DNA of 64,000 nt from an uncultured Sulfurimonas sp. (GTDB lineage: Bacteria; Campylobacterota; Campylobacteria; Campylobacterales; Sulfurimonadaceae): positions 1,037 through 65,036 of the forward strand of contig CAYOKX010000002.1 in NCBI GenBank assembly GCA_964404655.1, read 5' to 3'. Positions 52,742-62,938 of this stretch are shown here, one piece after another; position 1 is the stretch's first letter, and every line of letters starts with the position of its first letter. The position numbers and the translations under genes were made by a program. The notes under the pieces were generated by a model that ran no database searches, was not told where the DNA came from, and was given only the letters and a program-made list of their open reading frames with translations.

Positions 52742-52755
52742 TTGATAAAGTTTAA
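52742..52755. promoter_or_regulatory. Candidate Crp/Fnr-family (Nss-box-like) site upstream of the hemerythrin gene
   Basis: TTGAtaaagtTTAA has one mismatch to TTGA-N6-TCAA and is centred about 40 nt upstream of the TSS implied by the minus-strand TATAAT at 52721-52716. Confidence 0.4.
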
Positions 52756-52811
52756 ACATTAGGTTTATCACCCAAAATATTTGTCAAGTTTTAAAATTTA
52801 TAGCTAATTTA

Positions 52812-52946
52812 TTATACAAAGTCTAATTTAGGAGTGTAATCACCTCTAGCACGAGAACCAAAGATAACAATTTTATCTATATAATTTTTATATAAAGTAA
52901 AATTTTTTTTTAAATCTTTTTCTACATCTTTTGGAATATTATACAT
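52812..52946 (-). pseudogene. Truncated minimal nucleotidyltransferase (MNT antitoxin) remnant
   Basis: Coupled to the HEPN gene by TAATG. Reads MYNIPKDVEKDLKKNFTLYKNYIDKIVIFGSRARGDYTPKLDFV*: FGSRARGD is present but the DxD motif is broken and the ORF stops at 44 aa. Confidence 0.8.
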
Positions 52947-53371
52947 TATAATTGCTCTATTAATTCATCAATGACTTCATAAAACTCTCGTAATTTTTGT
53001 GCATATATAAATATATCATTTAATAATATTATTGCTATCTCTTCACTATATTCATGTGTTGTTAAATTTCCATCATCTATCATAGAAAACCAAATTTTGT
53101 CATCAATTAAATCAAATTCAAATGCTTTTTTTAAAACTAATTTTTGTCCATTTACTTTTTTGTCTATATATTCAAGATAATATGACATAAGCTTTCTTGA
53201 AACTTCTATTGTATACTCAAATCTTTTTATAGCACTATCTCTATAAATTTCATAATCGTTATCGTCTCTATTTTTAGAATGAATCTGTTCGAGAATGTTT
53301 TCCAATGAGATAAGTGCTTTCTTAGTGTTTTCTAAATTTCGTTTTAGTTTTTTTAACTTTTCTATACTCAA
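52946..53371 (-). CDS. HEPN (HI0074-family, nucleotidyltransferase substrate-binding) protein with degenerate Rx4H motif
   Basis: RDSAIKRFEYT.E...W..MIDDGNLTTHEY; TTG start at 53371 after GGGGG SD. Confidence 0.85.
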   Translation of the reverse strand: MSIEKLKKLKRNLENTKKALISLENILEQIHSKNRDDNDYEIYRDSAIKRFEYTIEVSRKLMSYYLEYIDKKVNGQKLVLKKAFEFDLIDDKIWFSMIDDGNLTTHEYSEEIAIILLNDIFIYAQKLREFYEVIDELIEQL

Positions 53372-53485
53372 AATATAACCCCCTAATCTCTTTTTATATT
53401 TATACAATTATAACATAATGAACTATATAGAATTAACAGTTAATTAACTATAATACACCTATAAAAAAATTAACTGGATATATTA

Positions 53486-54817
53486 ATGAAAAATAAAAAT
53501 TTTATAACATTAGGTTTTGTTTCTGTTGCTGTAAGTATGTCACTATTTCTCTCTTCTACTTTAATCGCTAAAGAGGAGCTCAAAACAGATAAAAAATCGG
53601 AAGTTTCCAGACTTGAAGCACTTGCTAAATTTACGAAAGTTATTAGTATTGTGGAACAATATAATGTAGATGATATAACTATTGAAGAGTTGATGAATAA
53701 ATCTTTAAAAGGGATGATGAGTAATCTTGATGCTCACTCAAATTTTCTTACACAAAAAGATTATAAAAAACTCAAAGTACAAACAGATGGTGAATTTGGT
53801 GGTCTTGGTATAACTGTTGGTATCCGTGATGGAGCTTTAACTGTTATAGCACCTATTGAAGGAACACCTGCTGATAAAGCTGGGCTTCAATCTGAAGATA
53901 TTATTCTTAAAATTGATGGTGAATCGACTATTGGTATGAGTATTGATGAAGCTGTTTCAAAAATGAGAGGAAAGGTAAATACTCCTATCGATATAGTTGT
54001 TGTAAGAAAAGGTGAGGGAAAACCTCTTAATATTCATATAGTAAGAGGTATTATTACTATCGATTCTGTATATACAAAACATATTGGTAAAGATATCTTA
54101 TATATAAGAGTAACAAGTTTTGACAAAAAAGTATCGGATGAGGTAACTAAAGCTCTTGAGATAAATAAAGAGAAGATGAAAGGGATAGTTCTTGATTTAA
54201 GAAACAATCCAGGAGGACTTTTAGACCAAGCCGTTAAACTTGTTGATATTTTTGTTGATGAGGGAGATATAGTTTCTCAAAAAGGACGTCGAGAGAGTGA
54301 TAAAAAAGTTTATAGTGCATCAACTGATACAACTCTAACGAAAGTCCCTGTTGTTGTTCTTGTTAATGGAGGAAGTGCCAGTGCATCTGAAATAGTAAGT
54401 GGTGCACTTCAAGACCATAAACGTGCAGTGATTTTAGGAGAAAAAACTTTTGGAAAAGGAAGTGTTCAAGTTGTTCTTCCTATTACAGAAACAGAAGCTA
54501 TAAAACTTACCATAGCAAGATACTATCTACCAAGTGGAAGAACTATTCAAGCTGTGGGTGTTACTCCAGATATTGAAGTTCTTTCAGGTGAAGTAAAAAC
54601 TAGAGATAACAGTTTTTCTATTAAAGAAGCTGACCTTAAAAAACATCTTGAAGAGGAGTTAGAGAAGGTCGATGGGAAAAAAGATGATAAAAAAGATGAT
54701 AAAAAAGCAGAGAAAGAAGATAAAAAAGATATAATTACATCAGAGATGATGAATAAAGATATTCAACTAAAAGAAGCGGTAGATATTATCAAAGCTTTAG
54801 TAATAATAAAAGGATAG
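53486..54817 (+). CDS. ctpA: S41 family carboxyl-terminal protease
   Basis: [32 protein letters not shown]. Confidence 0.93.
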   Translation: MKNKNFITLGFVSVAVSMSLFLSSTLIAKEELKTDKKSEVSRLEALAKFTKVISIVEQYNVDDITIEELMNKSLKGMMSNLDAHSNFLTQKDYKKLKVQTDGEFGGLGITVGIRDGALTVIAPIEGTPADKAGLQSEDIILKIDGESTIGMSIDEAVSKMRGKVNTPIDIVVVRKGEGKPLNIHIVRGIITIDSVYTKHIGKDILYIRVTSFDKKVSDEVTKALEINKEKMKGIVLDLRNNPGGLLDQAVKLVDIFVDEGDIVSQKGRRESDKKVYSASTDTTLTKVPVVVLVNGGSASASEIVSGALQDHKRAVILGEKTFGKGSVQVVLPITETEAIKLTIARYYLPSGRTIQAVGVTPDIEVLSGEVKTRDNSFSIKEADLKKHLEEELEKVDGKKDDKKDDKKAEKEDKKDIITSEMMNKDIQLKEAVDIIKALVIIKG

Positions 54818-54824
54818 ATATACA

Positions 54825-55535
54825 ATGGAAAAACGAGAACTACTTTATGAAGGTAAAGCAAAAAGACTATTTTTAACTGATGATAAAAATTTAGTAATTT
54901 CAGAGTTTAAAGATGATTTAACAGCATTTAATGGTGAAAAAAAATCAAGTGAAGCTGGTAAAGGTGCATTAAACAATAAAATCTCTACTGAGCTTTTTAA
55001 ACTTTTAGAGGCTAATGGTATTCAAACTCACTTTGTTGAGATGATGGATGATAACCATATGCTTCATACTAAAGTGGATGTTATCCTGATTGAAGTGATT
55101 GTAAGAAATATCGCAACAGGTTCATTAACTCGTAATCTTGGTATTAAAGATGGTACGGTACTTCCATTTACATTGGTTGAATTTGATTATAAAAATGATG
55201 ATTTAGGTGATCCAAAACTTAATGACCAACATGCGCTTATTTTAGGTCTTGTTGAGCATCAAGATGAGTTAGATAAACTTCGTCGTATGGCTAGACAAAT
55301 TAACGATATTTTACACCCTTACTTTTTAGAAAAAGGTCTTAATCTTGTTGATTTTAAACTAGAGTTTGGAAAAGATGCAACTGGAAACATCATTTTAGTA
55401 GATGAAATTTCTCCTGATAATTGTCGTTTTTGGGATGTAGAGAGTGGCGAAAAAATGGATAAAGATAGATTCCGTGAAGGTCTTGGTGGATTAAAAGTCG
55501 CTTATGAACAAGTATTAAATAGAATATTAGGATAA
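54825..55535 (+). CDS. purC: SAICAR synthetase
   Basis: [30 protein letters not shown]. Confidence 0.98.
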   Translation: MEKRELLYEGKAKRLFLTDDKNLVISEFKDDLTAFNGEKKSSEAGKGALNNKISTELFKLLEANGIQTHFVEMMDDNHMLHTKVDVILIEVIVRNIATGSLTRNLGIKDGTVLPFTLVEFDYKNDDLGDPKLNDQHALILGLVEHQDELDKLRRMARQINDILHPYFLEKGLNLVDFKLEFGKDATGNIILVDEISPDNCRFWDVESGEKMDKDRFREGLGGLKVAYEQVLNRILG

Positions 55536-55539
55536 AAAA

Positions 55540-55782
55540 ATGATAACAGCAATAGTAAATATATCTTTAAAAGCAGGTGTTTTAGATTCTCAAGGGAAAG
55601 CAGTTCATCACGCACTAGACTCTTTACATTTTAAAAATGTAGAGGATGTTCGTGTAGGAAAACAGGTAGTTTTAAAACTTAATACTGACGATAAAGAACA
55701 AGCTATGAGTGATGCAACAAAAATGTGTGAAGAGATTTTAGCAAATACTGTAATCGAAGACTACGAGATAGAGCTAGTATAA
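55540..55782 (+). CDS. purS: FGAM synthase subunit PurS
   Basis: LKAGVLDSQG, VRVGK, LAN.VIEDY. Confidence 0.96.
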   Translation: MITAIVNISLKAGVLDSQGKAVHHALDSLHFKNVEDVRVGKQVVLKLNTDDKEQAMSDATKMCEEILANTVIEDYEIELV

Positions 55783-56456
55783 TGAAAGTTTCTATACTTC
55801 AATTTCCAGGAACTAACTGTGAACATGATACTGTTCACGCATTTGAAAAGTTAGGTGCAGATACTGAAATAGTATGGCATAAATCGGAAACTATTCCAGA
55901 GGGTACTGACTTAATCGTTGTTGCTGGTGGTTTCTCTTATGGTGATTATCTGAGAAGTGGTGCTATCGCTAAATTTTCTCCTGTTATGAAAGCTGTAACT
56001 GAATATGCTAACAATGGTGGGAAAGTTTTAGGTATCTGTAACGGTTTTCAAGTTTTAACAGAAGCTGGACTTTTACCAGGTGCTTTAAAACGAAATGATA
56101 ATTTACATTTTATCTCTAAACATCATACACTTAAAGTTGAAAATAACGATAATATCTTTTTAGAAAAATTAAACAAAGGTGATGTTGTAAATATCCCTAT
56201 CGCTCATCACGATGGTAACTACTATATAGATGAAGCTAGTTTAAAAGATTTAAAAACAAATAATCAAATTCTTTTAACATATAGTGATGCAGATGGTGCT
56301 ATTAAAAATCCTAATGGTAGTGTAGATTCTATCGCTGGTGTTTGTAATATATCTAAAAATGTATTTGGTCTTATGCCTCACCCTGAACGTGCTATGGAAG
56401 CTATTCTTGGTTCTGATGATGGTGTGAAGATGTTAGAAGGCTTTTTAGCATCGTGA
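55782..56456 (+). CDS. purQ: FGAM synthase subunit PurQ
   Basis: FPGTNC, GGFSYGDY, GICNGFQ, MPHPER. Confidence 0.98.
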   Translation: MKVSILQFPGTNCEHDTVHAFEKLGADTEIVWHKSETIPEGTDLIVVAGGFSYGDYLRSGAIAKFSPVMKAVTEYANNGGKVLGICNGFQVLTEAGLLPGALKRNDNLHFISKHHTLKVENNDNIFLEKLNKGDVVNIPIAHHDGNYYIDEASLKDLKTNNQILLTYSDADGAIKNPNGSVDSIAGVCNISKNVFGLMPHPERAMEAILGSDDGVKMLEGFLAS

Positions 56457-57499
56457 TAAAATTACTTTTACTTACTCTACTTCTATTTAGCTCTGTTTTT
56501 GCAGATAAAGTTCTTTATATGAGTTATAAAAATATCCCAAAAAGAGTAGTAAAAGGTGAAATCTTCTCTGTTACGATAAAAACTTTATCGACAGTGGAAG
56601 ATTTTGATGATATTACTTATAAATTTTCAAACTATAATGGTTTAAAAGTTCTTAATAAAACTCCTCAAAGAGAATTTATAGGTAAATATCTTCTTGATAA
56701 ATTTTATTTTTTAACAACTAAAAATAGAGCTAGAATACCAGATATAACTGCATCTATTCAAGCAAAAGAGAGTTATGATTCCTCTTCTATTAGAGGAAAA
56801 AGATTAAATGTTATTGCTCTCAATCCTCAAGATAATTTTTCTAATATTATTGCAAACTCTTTTAGTTTAGAAAACTATAAAACAACATCTTTTGATAAAG
56901 AGCATAACATAGTTGTATTTGTTGCAAAAGCTACTAATACAGATATAGGTAGTTTGAAATTTAATAATGTTTGGAAGCAGGGTGTAGAGTCTAGTACACA
57001 ATCTTATTTAGAGTCAAGGGTTACATATTTTTTAATTATAGATAAAAAGTTAGAATATTTTTCTTTTTCATATTTTAACCTTTTAACAAATAAGTTTACT
57101 ATTATAACTATTCCTATTGTTCTTGATGATGATAGTGTCACAACTCAAAGTGACTTGAAACCTCAGGACCAATCCCATAATAAGATAAAAGCAATTATAG
57201 CTTCTGTTATTGCACTTATATTAATTATATATATAATGTTACGAAAAAAATATATATATGCTATCTTAATTATAATACCTTTTGGATATATTATTTATGT
57301 GATGATACCATCTAAAGAGATATGTATCAAAAAAGGTTCTCAAATATATCTTCTTCCTGTGGCAAATGCAACTATTTTTGAAACAACAAAAAGTGAATAT
57401 AAATTATTAGAAGAGGGAAGAGTAAAAAAATTCTTTAAAGTAAAGCTTCATAATGAAAAAATAGGTTGGGTAAGAGATGAAGATATTTGCTCACATTAA
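56453..57499 (+). CDS. Exported/membrane protein with C-terminal SH3-like region
   Basis: Signal peptide, TM pair near the C-terminus, ends KIGWV; purQ-X-plsC-crcB synteny. Confidence 0.7.
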   Translation: MIKLLLLTLLLFSSVFADKVLYMSYKNIPKRVVKGEIFSVTIKTLSTVEDFDDITYKFSNYNGLKVLNKTPQREFIGKYLLDKFYFLTTKNRARIPDITASIQAKESYDSSSIRGKRLNVIALNPQDNFSNIIANSFSLENYKTTSFDKEHNIVVFVAKATNTDIGSLKFNNVWKQGVESSTQSYLESRVTYFLIIDKKLEYFSFSYFNLLTNKFTIITIPIVLDDDSVTTQSDLKPQDQSHNKIKAIIASVIALILIIYIMLRKKYIYAILIIIPFGYIIYVMIPSKEICIKKGSQIYLLPVANATIFETTKSEYKLLEEGRVKKFFKVKLHNEKIGWVRDEDICSH

Positions 57500-58175
57500 T
57501 TGGTTTTTTTCTACCCTTATAATATTTATTTCATTAGTTTTAATGATAATACTTTATCCAATAGTAAGACGACCATATGCAAGAAAAATTTCAGCTTGGT
57601 TTGTTCGAATTGGAATATTTTTTTCAACTGAAGTGAAAGGAAAAGAGGATCCCTCTGTTCAGATGTATCTTATAAATCATCAGAGTGATTTAGATATAGG
57701 AATTATGGAAACTATTTCGAAAAAAGATCTCTCTTGGGTTGCTAAAAAAGAGCTTTTTGATGTACCTTTTTTTGGACTTGCTATGAGTATGCCTGAAGAT
57801 ATTCCAATAGAACGTCAAAGTAAAACATCTTTATTAAGACTTCTTAAAAATGCGAAAGATAGATTAAATAAGGGTCGAGTTATAACAATGTTTCCAGAGG
57901 GAACTCGCTCTACAAATTCTCGAATGTTACCATTTAAAAGTGGTGCAAAAGTTGTAGCAGATAAATATCAGCTCAAAGTTCAGCCAGTTGTGCTTATTCA
58001 GACAGCAAAATATTATAATATTAAAAAAATGTTTTACTCTCCTGGAAAGATTACTGTTATTTTTATGGACTCTTTTATCGCAGATAAAAGTAATGAAAAT
58101 TGGTTGAAAGATTTAAGAATAAAGATGCAAAAGGTATATGATGATGAGTTGGCAAACAATCCTAGCCATAGGTAG
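57477..58175 (+). CDS. plsC: 1-acyl-sn-glycerol-3-phosphate acyltransferase
   Basis: NHQSDLD, AKKEL, FPEGTRS, PFKSG. Confidence 0.93.
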   Translation: MKIFAHINWFFSTLIIFISLVLMIILYPIVRRPYARKISAWFVRIGIFFSTEVKGKEDPSVQMYLINHQSDLDIGIMETISKKDLSWVAKKELFDVPFFGLAMSMPEDIPIERQSKTSLLRLLKNAKDRLNKGRVITMFPEGTRSTNSRMLPFKSGAKVVADKYQLKVQPVVLIQTAKYYNIKKMFYSPGKITVIFMDSFIADKSNENWLKDLRIKMQKVYDDELANNPSHR

Positions 58176-58536
58176 TGGTGGTTTTATTGGTGCAGTTCTT
58201 CGCGCATATCTTAATGGCTTAATATCTCATAAATTACCACATGATTTACCTTTTGGGACACTTGGTGTTAACCTTATTGGTAGTTTTATTATGGGTGTAT
58301 TAATAGCATATTTTATGTATACAACTATTTTTTCAGTACATGTTAAATCTTTTTTATCAACAGGAATTTTAGGAGCATTAACAACTTATTCTACTTTTGC
58401 TATTGAAAGTTTTATGCTTTTAGAGGGTGGGCATATTTTACTTGCTATTACAAATATCTTTTTAAATGCTTTTGGCACTGTTTTTATGGCAGGTGGTGGA
58501 TTTTATTTGATTAAAACTATATTGAAACAATCATAA
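58138..58536 (+). CDS. crcB: Fluoride channel Fluc/CrcB
   Basis: GGFIGAVLR, GTLGVNLIGS, GILGALTTYSTF. Start may be ATG 58141 or 58144. Confidence 0.95.
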   Translation: MMMSWQTILAIGSGGFIGAVLRAYLNGLISHKLPHDLPFGTLGVNLIGSFIMGVLIAYFMYTTIFSVHVKSFLSTGILGALTTYSTFAIESFMLLEGGHILLAITNIFLNAFGTVFMAGGGFYLIKTILKQS

Positions 58537-58542
58537 AGGGTT

Positions 58543-60138
58543 TTGATGCAAGAGTTTGAGTTTGAAATCTATGAGATGTTTATAGACCAAATAGAATCTG
58601 AAATATATAGTACAAAAAAAAATATCTCTCTTTTACAGGATAAAAAATACTCTTCAGAATCTATCAATAATCTTTTTAGAACTTTTCATAACTATAAAGC
58701 TACGGCATCCTATTTTAAATTGACTCCACTTTTTCATTTAACTTCTAAAGTGGAGATAGTTTTAAACTCTTTAAGAGAAACACAACAAAGTGTTCCAAAT
58801 AATATTGTAGTTTGGTTATATCAAAATGTATCTCAAATTTTAGTTTGGTTAGATGAGATGGTAGATTATAATACAAATCTTTCTCCAATACCAAAAAAAT
58901 TAAACAAAAAAATTAAACTTTCAAAACCTTATATATCACCAAAGAAAAAACTTAAAACACTAAATATTTTATATTTTGATAACTCAAAAAAACGCTCTTT
59001 AAAAATGGTATCTTTTTTAAATAAAATTGTAAAAAGTGTAACATATATAGCGGATATTAAGAATATAGATAAAATTTTTCAAGAAAAAAAATATAATATT
59101 ATTATTACAAATTTAGAATCGGATAATCATATTGTAATAAATCATTGTAAATCTAAAAAATCAACAATACCTATTGTTGCTATTTTTACTAAAATTGATG
59201 CTAAACGTTCTATTGCTCTTATGAAAAATGGGATTAATCATATAATAAAAAATCCTCTTAATACAAAAATTATTCAAAATGAGTTGAATTTAATTACAAA
59301 CTCCTATTTTAGTTCTATTAATATTATAATCGATAATGAAACTATTACTAATTTTATACAAACAATAAAACCTTTATCCAATACACTTACTCAAATTATT
59401 CAAATTTGTGATGATGTAGATATTCCATTGAATACACTTATTAAAGTTATAAAAAAAGACCCTATTGTTTCAGCAAAAATTTTAAATTTAGCAAATAGTC
59501 CTCTTTATGGAGCAATAACTCTTAAAACGATAGACCAAGCGATTGTTCGATTAGGCAAAAATACTATAAAAGCATTAGCACTTAAAAACTTAGAAAAAGT
59601 CAGTTCAAAGGTAGACCTCACTCCATACCATATATCTGAATATGATTTTTCAAAAGTTTCTATGAAAAGATTATCTTTAATGTTAAAATGGTATTCAAAA
59701 ATTTCAATTTCTGACCTTTCTATCCTTTCTACAACAGCACTTTTAGGAAATATTGGTCAAATATTAATAGCACAAGAGGTATTAAATAGTAAACAGGAGC
59801 TTATTTTTCAAAGTTTAGTCGATACATTTGGAATTCAATATGCTGAAGAATCCACAGTATTTACAACAACTGCTATTGTCTCTTCTCAACTATTGAGTTA
59901 TTGGCAACTTTCTCGCGCAGTTATAAATATAGTTATGTATAGTGATAATCCAGAAGAAGCACCAAAAGAGATAGTAAAACTTGCCGTTGCAAATCATATT
60001 GTATTTAAACTTATTCCTTTGGATGGGAAAATATTGGAAGAAGTTCCAGAAGAGTTGTTAGAGATAATGCACAAATATAATTTTGAGATTCATATATTGG
60101 AAAAAGCACTTCATTCAATTAATGAAGTTAAATTTTAA
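58543..60138 (+). CDS. Hpt - pseudo-receiver - HDOD signalling protein
   Basis: LFRTFHNYK (Hpt); ILYFD...NIIITN...KNP (receiver fold lacking the phospho-Asp); IKKDPIVSAKILNLANSPLYG...IDQAIVRLG (HDOD). Confidence 0.8.
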   Translation: MMQEFEFEIYEMFIDQIESEIYSTKKNISLLQDKKYSSESINNLFRTFHNYKATASYFKLTPLFHLTSKVEIVLNSLRETQQSVPNNIVVWLYQNVSQILVWLDEMVDYNTNLSPIPKKLNKKIKLSKPYISPKKKLKTLNILYFDNSKKRSLKMVSFLNKIVKSVTYIADIKNIDKIFQEKKYNIIITNLESDNHIVINHCKSKKSTIPIVAIFTKIDAKRSIALMKNGINHIIKNPLNTKIIQNELNLITNSYFSSINIIIDNETITNFIQTIKPLSNTLTQIIQICDDVDIPLNTLIKVIKKDPIVSAKILNLANSPLYGAITLKTIDQAIVRLGKNTIKALALKNLEKVSSKVDLTPYHISEYDFSKVSMKRLSLMLKWYSKISISDLSILSTTALLGNIGQILIAQEVLNSKQELIFQSLVDTFGIQYAEESTVFTTTAIVSSQLLSYWQLSRAVINIVMYSDNPEEAPKEIVKLAVANHIVFKLIPLDGKILEEVPEELLEIMHKYNFEIHILEKALHSINEVKF

Positions 60139-60697
60139 TAATTTCATCAGCACACCATTTAGCTAAATCTATATCATGTGTTATAAGTAATATCGCTCTA
60201 TTTTCAAGATTTTTCATTAAACTTTGCATAACTTCTAGTTGAATAACATTATCAAGTGCTGATGTTGGTTCATCTAAGAGTAAAATATCTGTTTTCATTA
60301 AGATAGCACGAACAATAGAAGCTCGTTGAAGTTCTCCACCTGAGAGTTGATGAGGAAGTTTTAATAGTAAAGAGTAATCTAAGTTTATCTCTTGAAGAAC
60401 CTGTCCTAAATTAGTAATTAAAGCAACATCATTTATCTGATTTAAAAGGTTATAACTAGGATGAAATGAACTATATGGGTCTTGAAAAACTTGAGAGCAA
60501 GTAGCACTTTTTACTGTGCCTGAAAATGGTTTTAAGTTTTTGAGGATAAGTTCAAAAAGTGTACTTTTTCCTGCTCCACTTGCTCCAACTATCGCTTTAA
60601 CTTCCCCTCTTTTTAAATTAAGGGAGAAGTTTTCAAAAAGTAATGAGTTTTTTGTATACCCAAAAGAGAGTTGATTAATCTCTAATATATTTTGCAA
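60128..60697 (-). CDS. Short orphan ABC ATP-binding protein
   Basis: GASGAGKST, FQDP, LSGGELQR, LLDEPTSALD, ITHD; no adjacent permease. Confidence 0.9.
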   Translation of the reverse strand: MQNILEINQLSFGYTKNSLLFENFSLNLKRGEVKAIVGASGAGKSTLFELILKNLKPFSGTVKSATCSQVFQDPYSSFHPSYNLLNQINDVALITNLGQVLQEINLDYSLLLKLPHQLSGGELQRASIVRAILMKTDILLLDEPTSALDNVIQLEVMQSLMKNLENRAILLITHDIDLAKWCADEIIKI

Positions 60698-60700
60698 AAA

Positions 60701-61396
60701 TTAACTCTTTTTAAGCATTAAATACTGTTTTTCTAACTGTTTATAGAGTTGAGTTGGTTCAATATTTGCATTCTCTTCCCAAACTCTTTTCATAACAACA
60801 TTATCTTCTTCACCATTCCAAATTTTTATGTAACTACCATCTTTATATCCATTATCTTGGCGAAATTGATTTAAAATATTTTTTCCTACATAAAGTTTGT
60901 ATAATGTTTCTAAATTTAATCCACTTAAGATTACTAAGTCAAAGAATTCTGATATTACTAACTCAAGATTTAAACTATCTTTTTCTAACGATAATAAAAT
61001 TAATGATTCAACCTTTGTAAGGACTTCCTCTTGAGTTCCAAAAGAGCTGTTTTGAGTGTCGATAGTATTAAAACTATCAAACTCTGAAATATCAAGTGCT
61101 AAATTATCTATATTTCCTTTTAAGTTTTGGGCATAGTTTTCAATTGCTAAAGAGATGATGAAGTGCCATACATCTACAACTTCTATCTGCAAATTATCCC
61201 AGTCTGCTTCTTGATTGATACTTTTCCAGTGTTTCCAAGAGAAACTATCAACCATTTCAGCACATTCCATATAGATACATCTATTCCAATTGATAGTTTT
61301 GCCATTTTTAGTGATACCTTTGGTCCATTCATCACCATTTGTTGCATCATTGAGTTGATTTTGGAGTTGAATCATCAATAATATTTTATCCATCAT
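60701..61396 (-). CDS. dut: Dimeric all-alpha dUTPase
   Basis: MEC.EMVDSFSWKHWK, EVVDVWHF, KNILNQFRQDNGYK. Confidence 0.9.
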   Translation of the reverse strand: MMDKILLMIQLQNQLNDATNGDEWTKGITKNGKTINWNRCIYMECAEMVDSFSWKHWKSINQEADWDNLQIEVVDVWHFIISLAIENYAQNLKGNIDNLALDISEFDSFNTIDTQNSSFGTQEEVLTKVESLILLSLEKDSLNLELVISEFFDLVILSGLNLETLYKLYVGKNILNQFRQDNGYKDGSYIKIWNGEEDNVVMKRVWEENANIEPTQLYKQLEKQYLMLKKS

Positions 61397-61543
61397 ATTT
61401 TCCTTGTCACTATTTTTCTGTATTTTACACTAAATTTTATTACTCTTAGTTCATTTTTTCATTTTTTTCTTTCAATAAGTAATGCTTTATATAAATATTT
61501 TTTGATATAATTTGTAAAGATAACAGAGTACAAAGGAATAACG

Positions 61544-62914
61544 ATGGATATAGGTACAGAAATAGGGGATTTTTTAACATTAGTTAAGGAATCAAATTTT
61601 AATTTTGCAGAAGTTTATGCACAAGCACCAATGGCTATATATATTATAGTTGGAGGATTTATCACTTTTGTTATAGCTTTCTTTTTTATTAAAAGTAGTC
61701 TAAGAAAATCCTCAGCAATGAGAGTTTTAAAAGATATTGATGATTCTGAAAATAGTTTTTCTGATTATGATGAATATATGCAAAAAATTGCAAAATTCAT
61801 TCCAAGTGCAACAGCTGAATTTAGTGAAGTTTTAGAGTATAGCAAAAAAAGTTATTATACAGCACAATTAAGATTACTTGAAAATATTGAGATTGATGAA
61901 AAAATTCTAAAATATCAACAGATGTCAAAAACATATATGATGTTAAGTGATGCTTCATCTTCAAATGAAGAGCTTTCTTTCTATTTTTCAGAATGTTCTC
62001 AAGAGTTACTTAGTGATAAACTTCAAAATGAGTTAAGTCTATATATTGAAGAGTTAGTATTTAATGAAGAATCATTATCTAGTATTGAAGCTATTGTTAC
62101 ATATGCAAATAGATTAGAAGAGCCTGAAACTGTTTTAAATATAGTAACTAAAAAACTTCAAAATATCGATTTTGGTTCTAGTTTAGAAATATTTATGTTT
62201 GTTCGTTCACTTGATAGTGAAAAATTAGCGCAAATATATGATTTTTGTATGAGTAAACAAAATACACTATTTGAAACACCAACTGCTATTATATCAAGTG
62301 AAATTTTAGACTATTTACTTGAAAATGATGAAAAAGATAAAGTATATCATTATATTAAATCACTTTCATTAGCTACATATTTACAAGAACTACACTATAA
62401 ATATTTTAATCAAAAAGATAGTTTAGAGTTTGACCTTATTTTTGTAGCAAATAAAACAGAGATAAATGCAGACTATAAAAATTATTTAGAAAATTTATTG
62501 ACTGAAAATTGGAGAAATGATATCTATTTAGAAATTTTAATAGGAAGTGAAAATGTTGCAGATACAATAGGACATATGCAAGATAGACAAGTTATTGAAA
62601 GAATAGATAGAATTAGAAAAGAGGTTGTTGAAAAGCAGATATTAGATGAAGCACTTCAAACTGCAAGACAAGCAGAAATTGTAGCACTTGAAGCAAAAAA
62701 TATAGCAGATGGAAATCTTTCAAAAGCACAATCAGAAGCTTTAGAGGAGTTAAAAACTATAACTATGTCAGAGGCAAAAGAGAAAGCACAACAACTTGAA
62801 AATGATTTAAAAAAAAATGAAGATACACAAAATGATGAGAAAATAGAAAAAAATCCCGTTACTGTTGAAGTAAAAAAAGAGCTAGAACAGATAGAATACT
62901 CAAAAGAGAAATAA
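61544..62914 (+). CDS. Acidic single-TM hypothetical protein with C-terminal coiled coil
   Basis: Long ORF, AAAGGA SD, TGaTATAAT promoter upstream; no family recognised. Confidence 0.8.
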   Translation: MDIGTEIGDFLTLVKESNFNFAEVYAQAPMAIYIIVGGFITFVIAFFFIKSSLRKSSAMRVLKDIDDSENSFSDYDEYMQKIAKFIPSATAEFSEVLEYSKKSYYTAQLRLLENIEIDEKILKYQQMSKTYMMLSDASSSNEELSFYFSECSQELLSDKLQNELSLYIEELVFNEESLSSIEAIVTYANRLEEPETVLNIVTKKLQNIDFGSSLEIFMFVRSLDSEKLAQIYDFCMSKQNTLFETPTAIISSEILDYLLENDEKDKVYHYIKSLSLATYLQELHYKYFNQKDSLEFDLIFVANKTEINADYKNYLENLLTENWRNDIYLEILIGSENVADTIGHMQDRQVIERIDRIRKEVVEKQILDEALQTARQAEIVALEAKNIADGNLSKAQSEALEELKTITMSEAKEKAQQLENDLKKNEDTQNDEKIEKNPVTVEVKKELEQIEYSKEK

Positions 62915-62938
62915 TTCTATTATCTACTCTTTTTTAAT

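Noticed and set aside
54677-54730. 12-nt tandem repeat AAAAAAGATGAT in ctpA
   Set aside because: In-frame KKDD low-complexity linker of about 2.5 copies; not a CRISPR or contingency locus.
58080-58140. Fluoride riboswitch upstream of crcB
   Set aside because: crcB overlaps the plsC coding sequence and no riboswitch consensus is visible.
1653-61381. Many short antisense or alternate-frame ORFs in the track (e.g. 1653-1871, 6199-6528, 23771-24073, 27757-28092, 38404-38733, 44790-45248)
   Set aside because: They lie within well-supported genes, have no SD or motifs, and show shadow-ORF composition.
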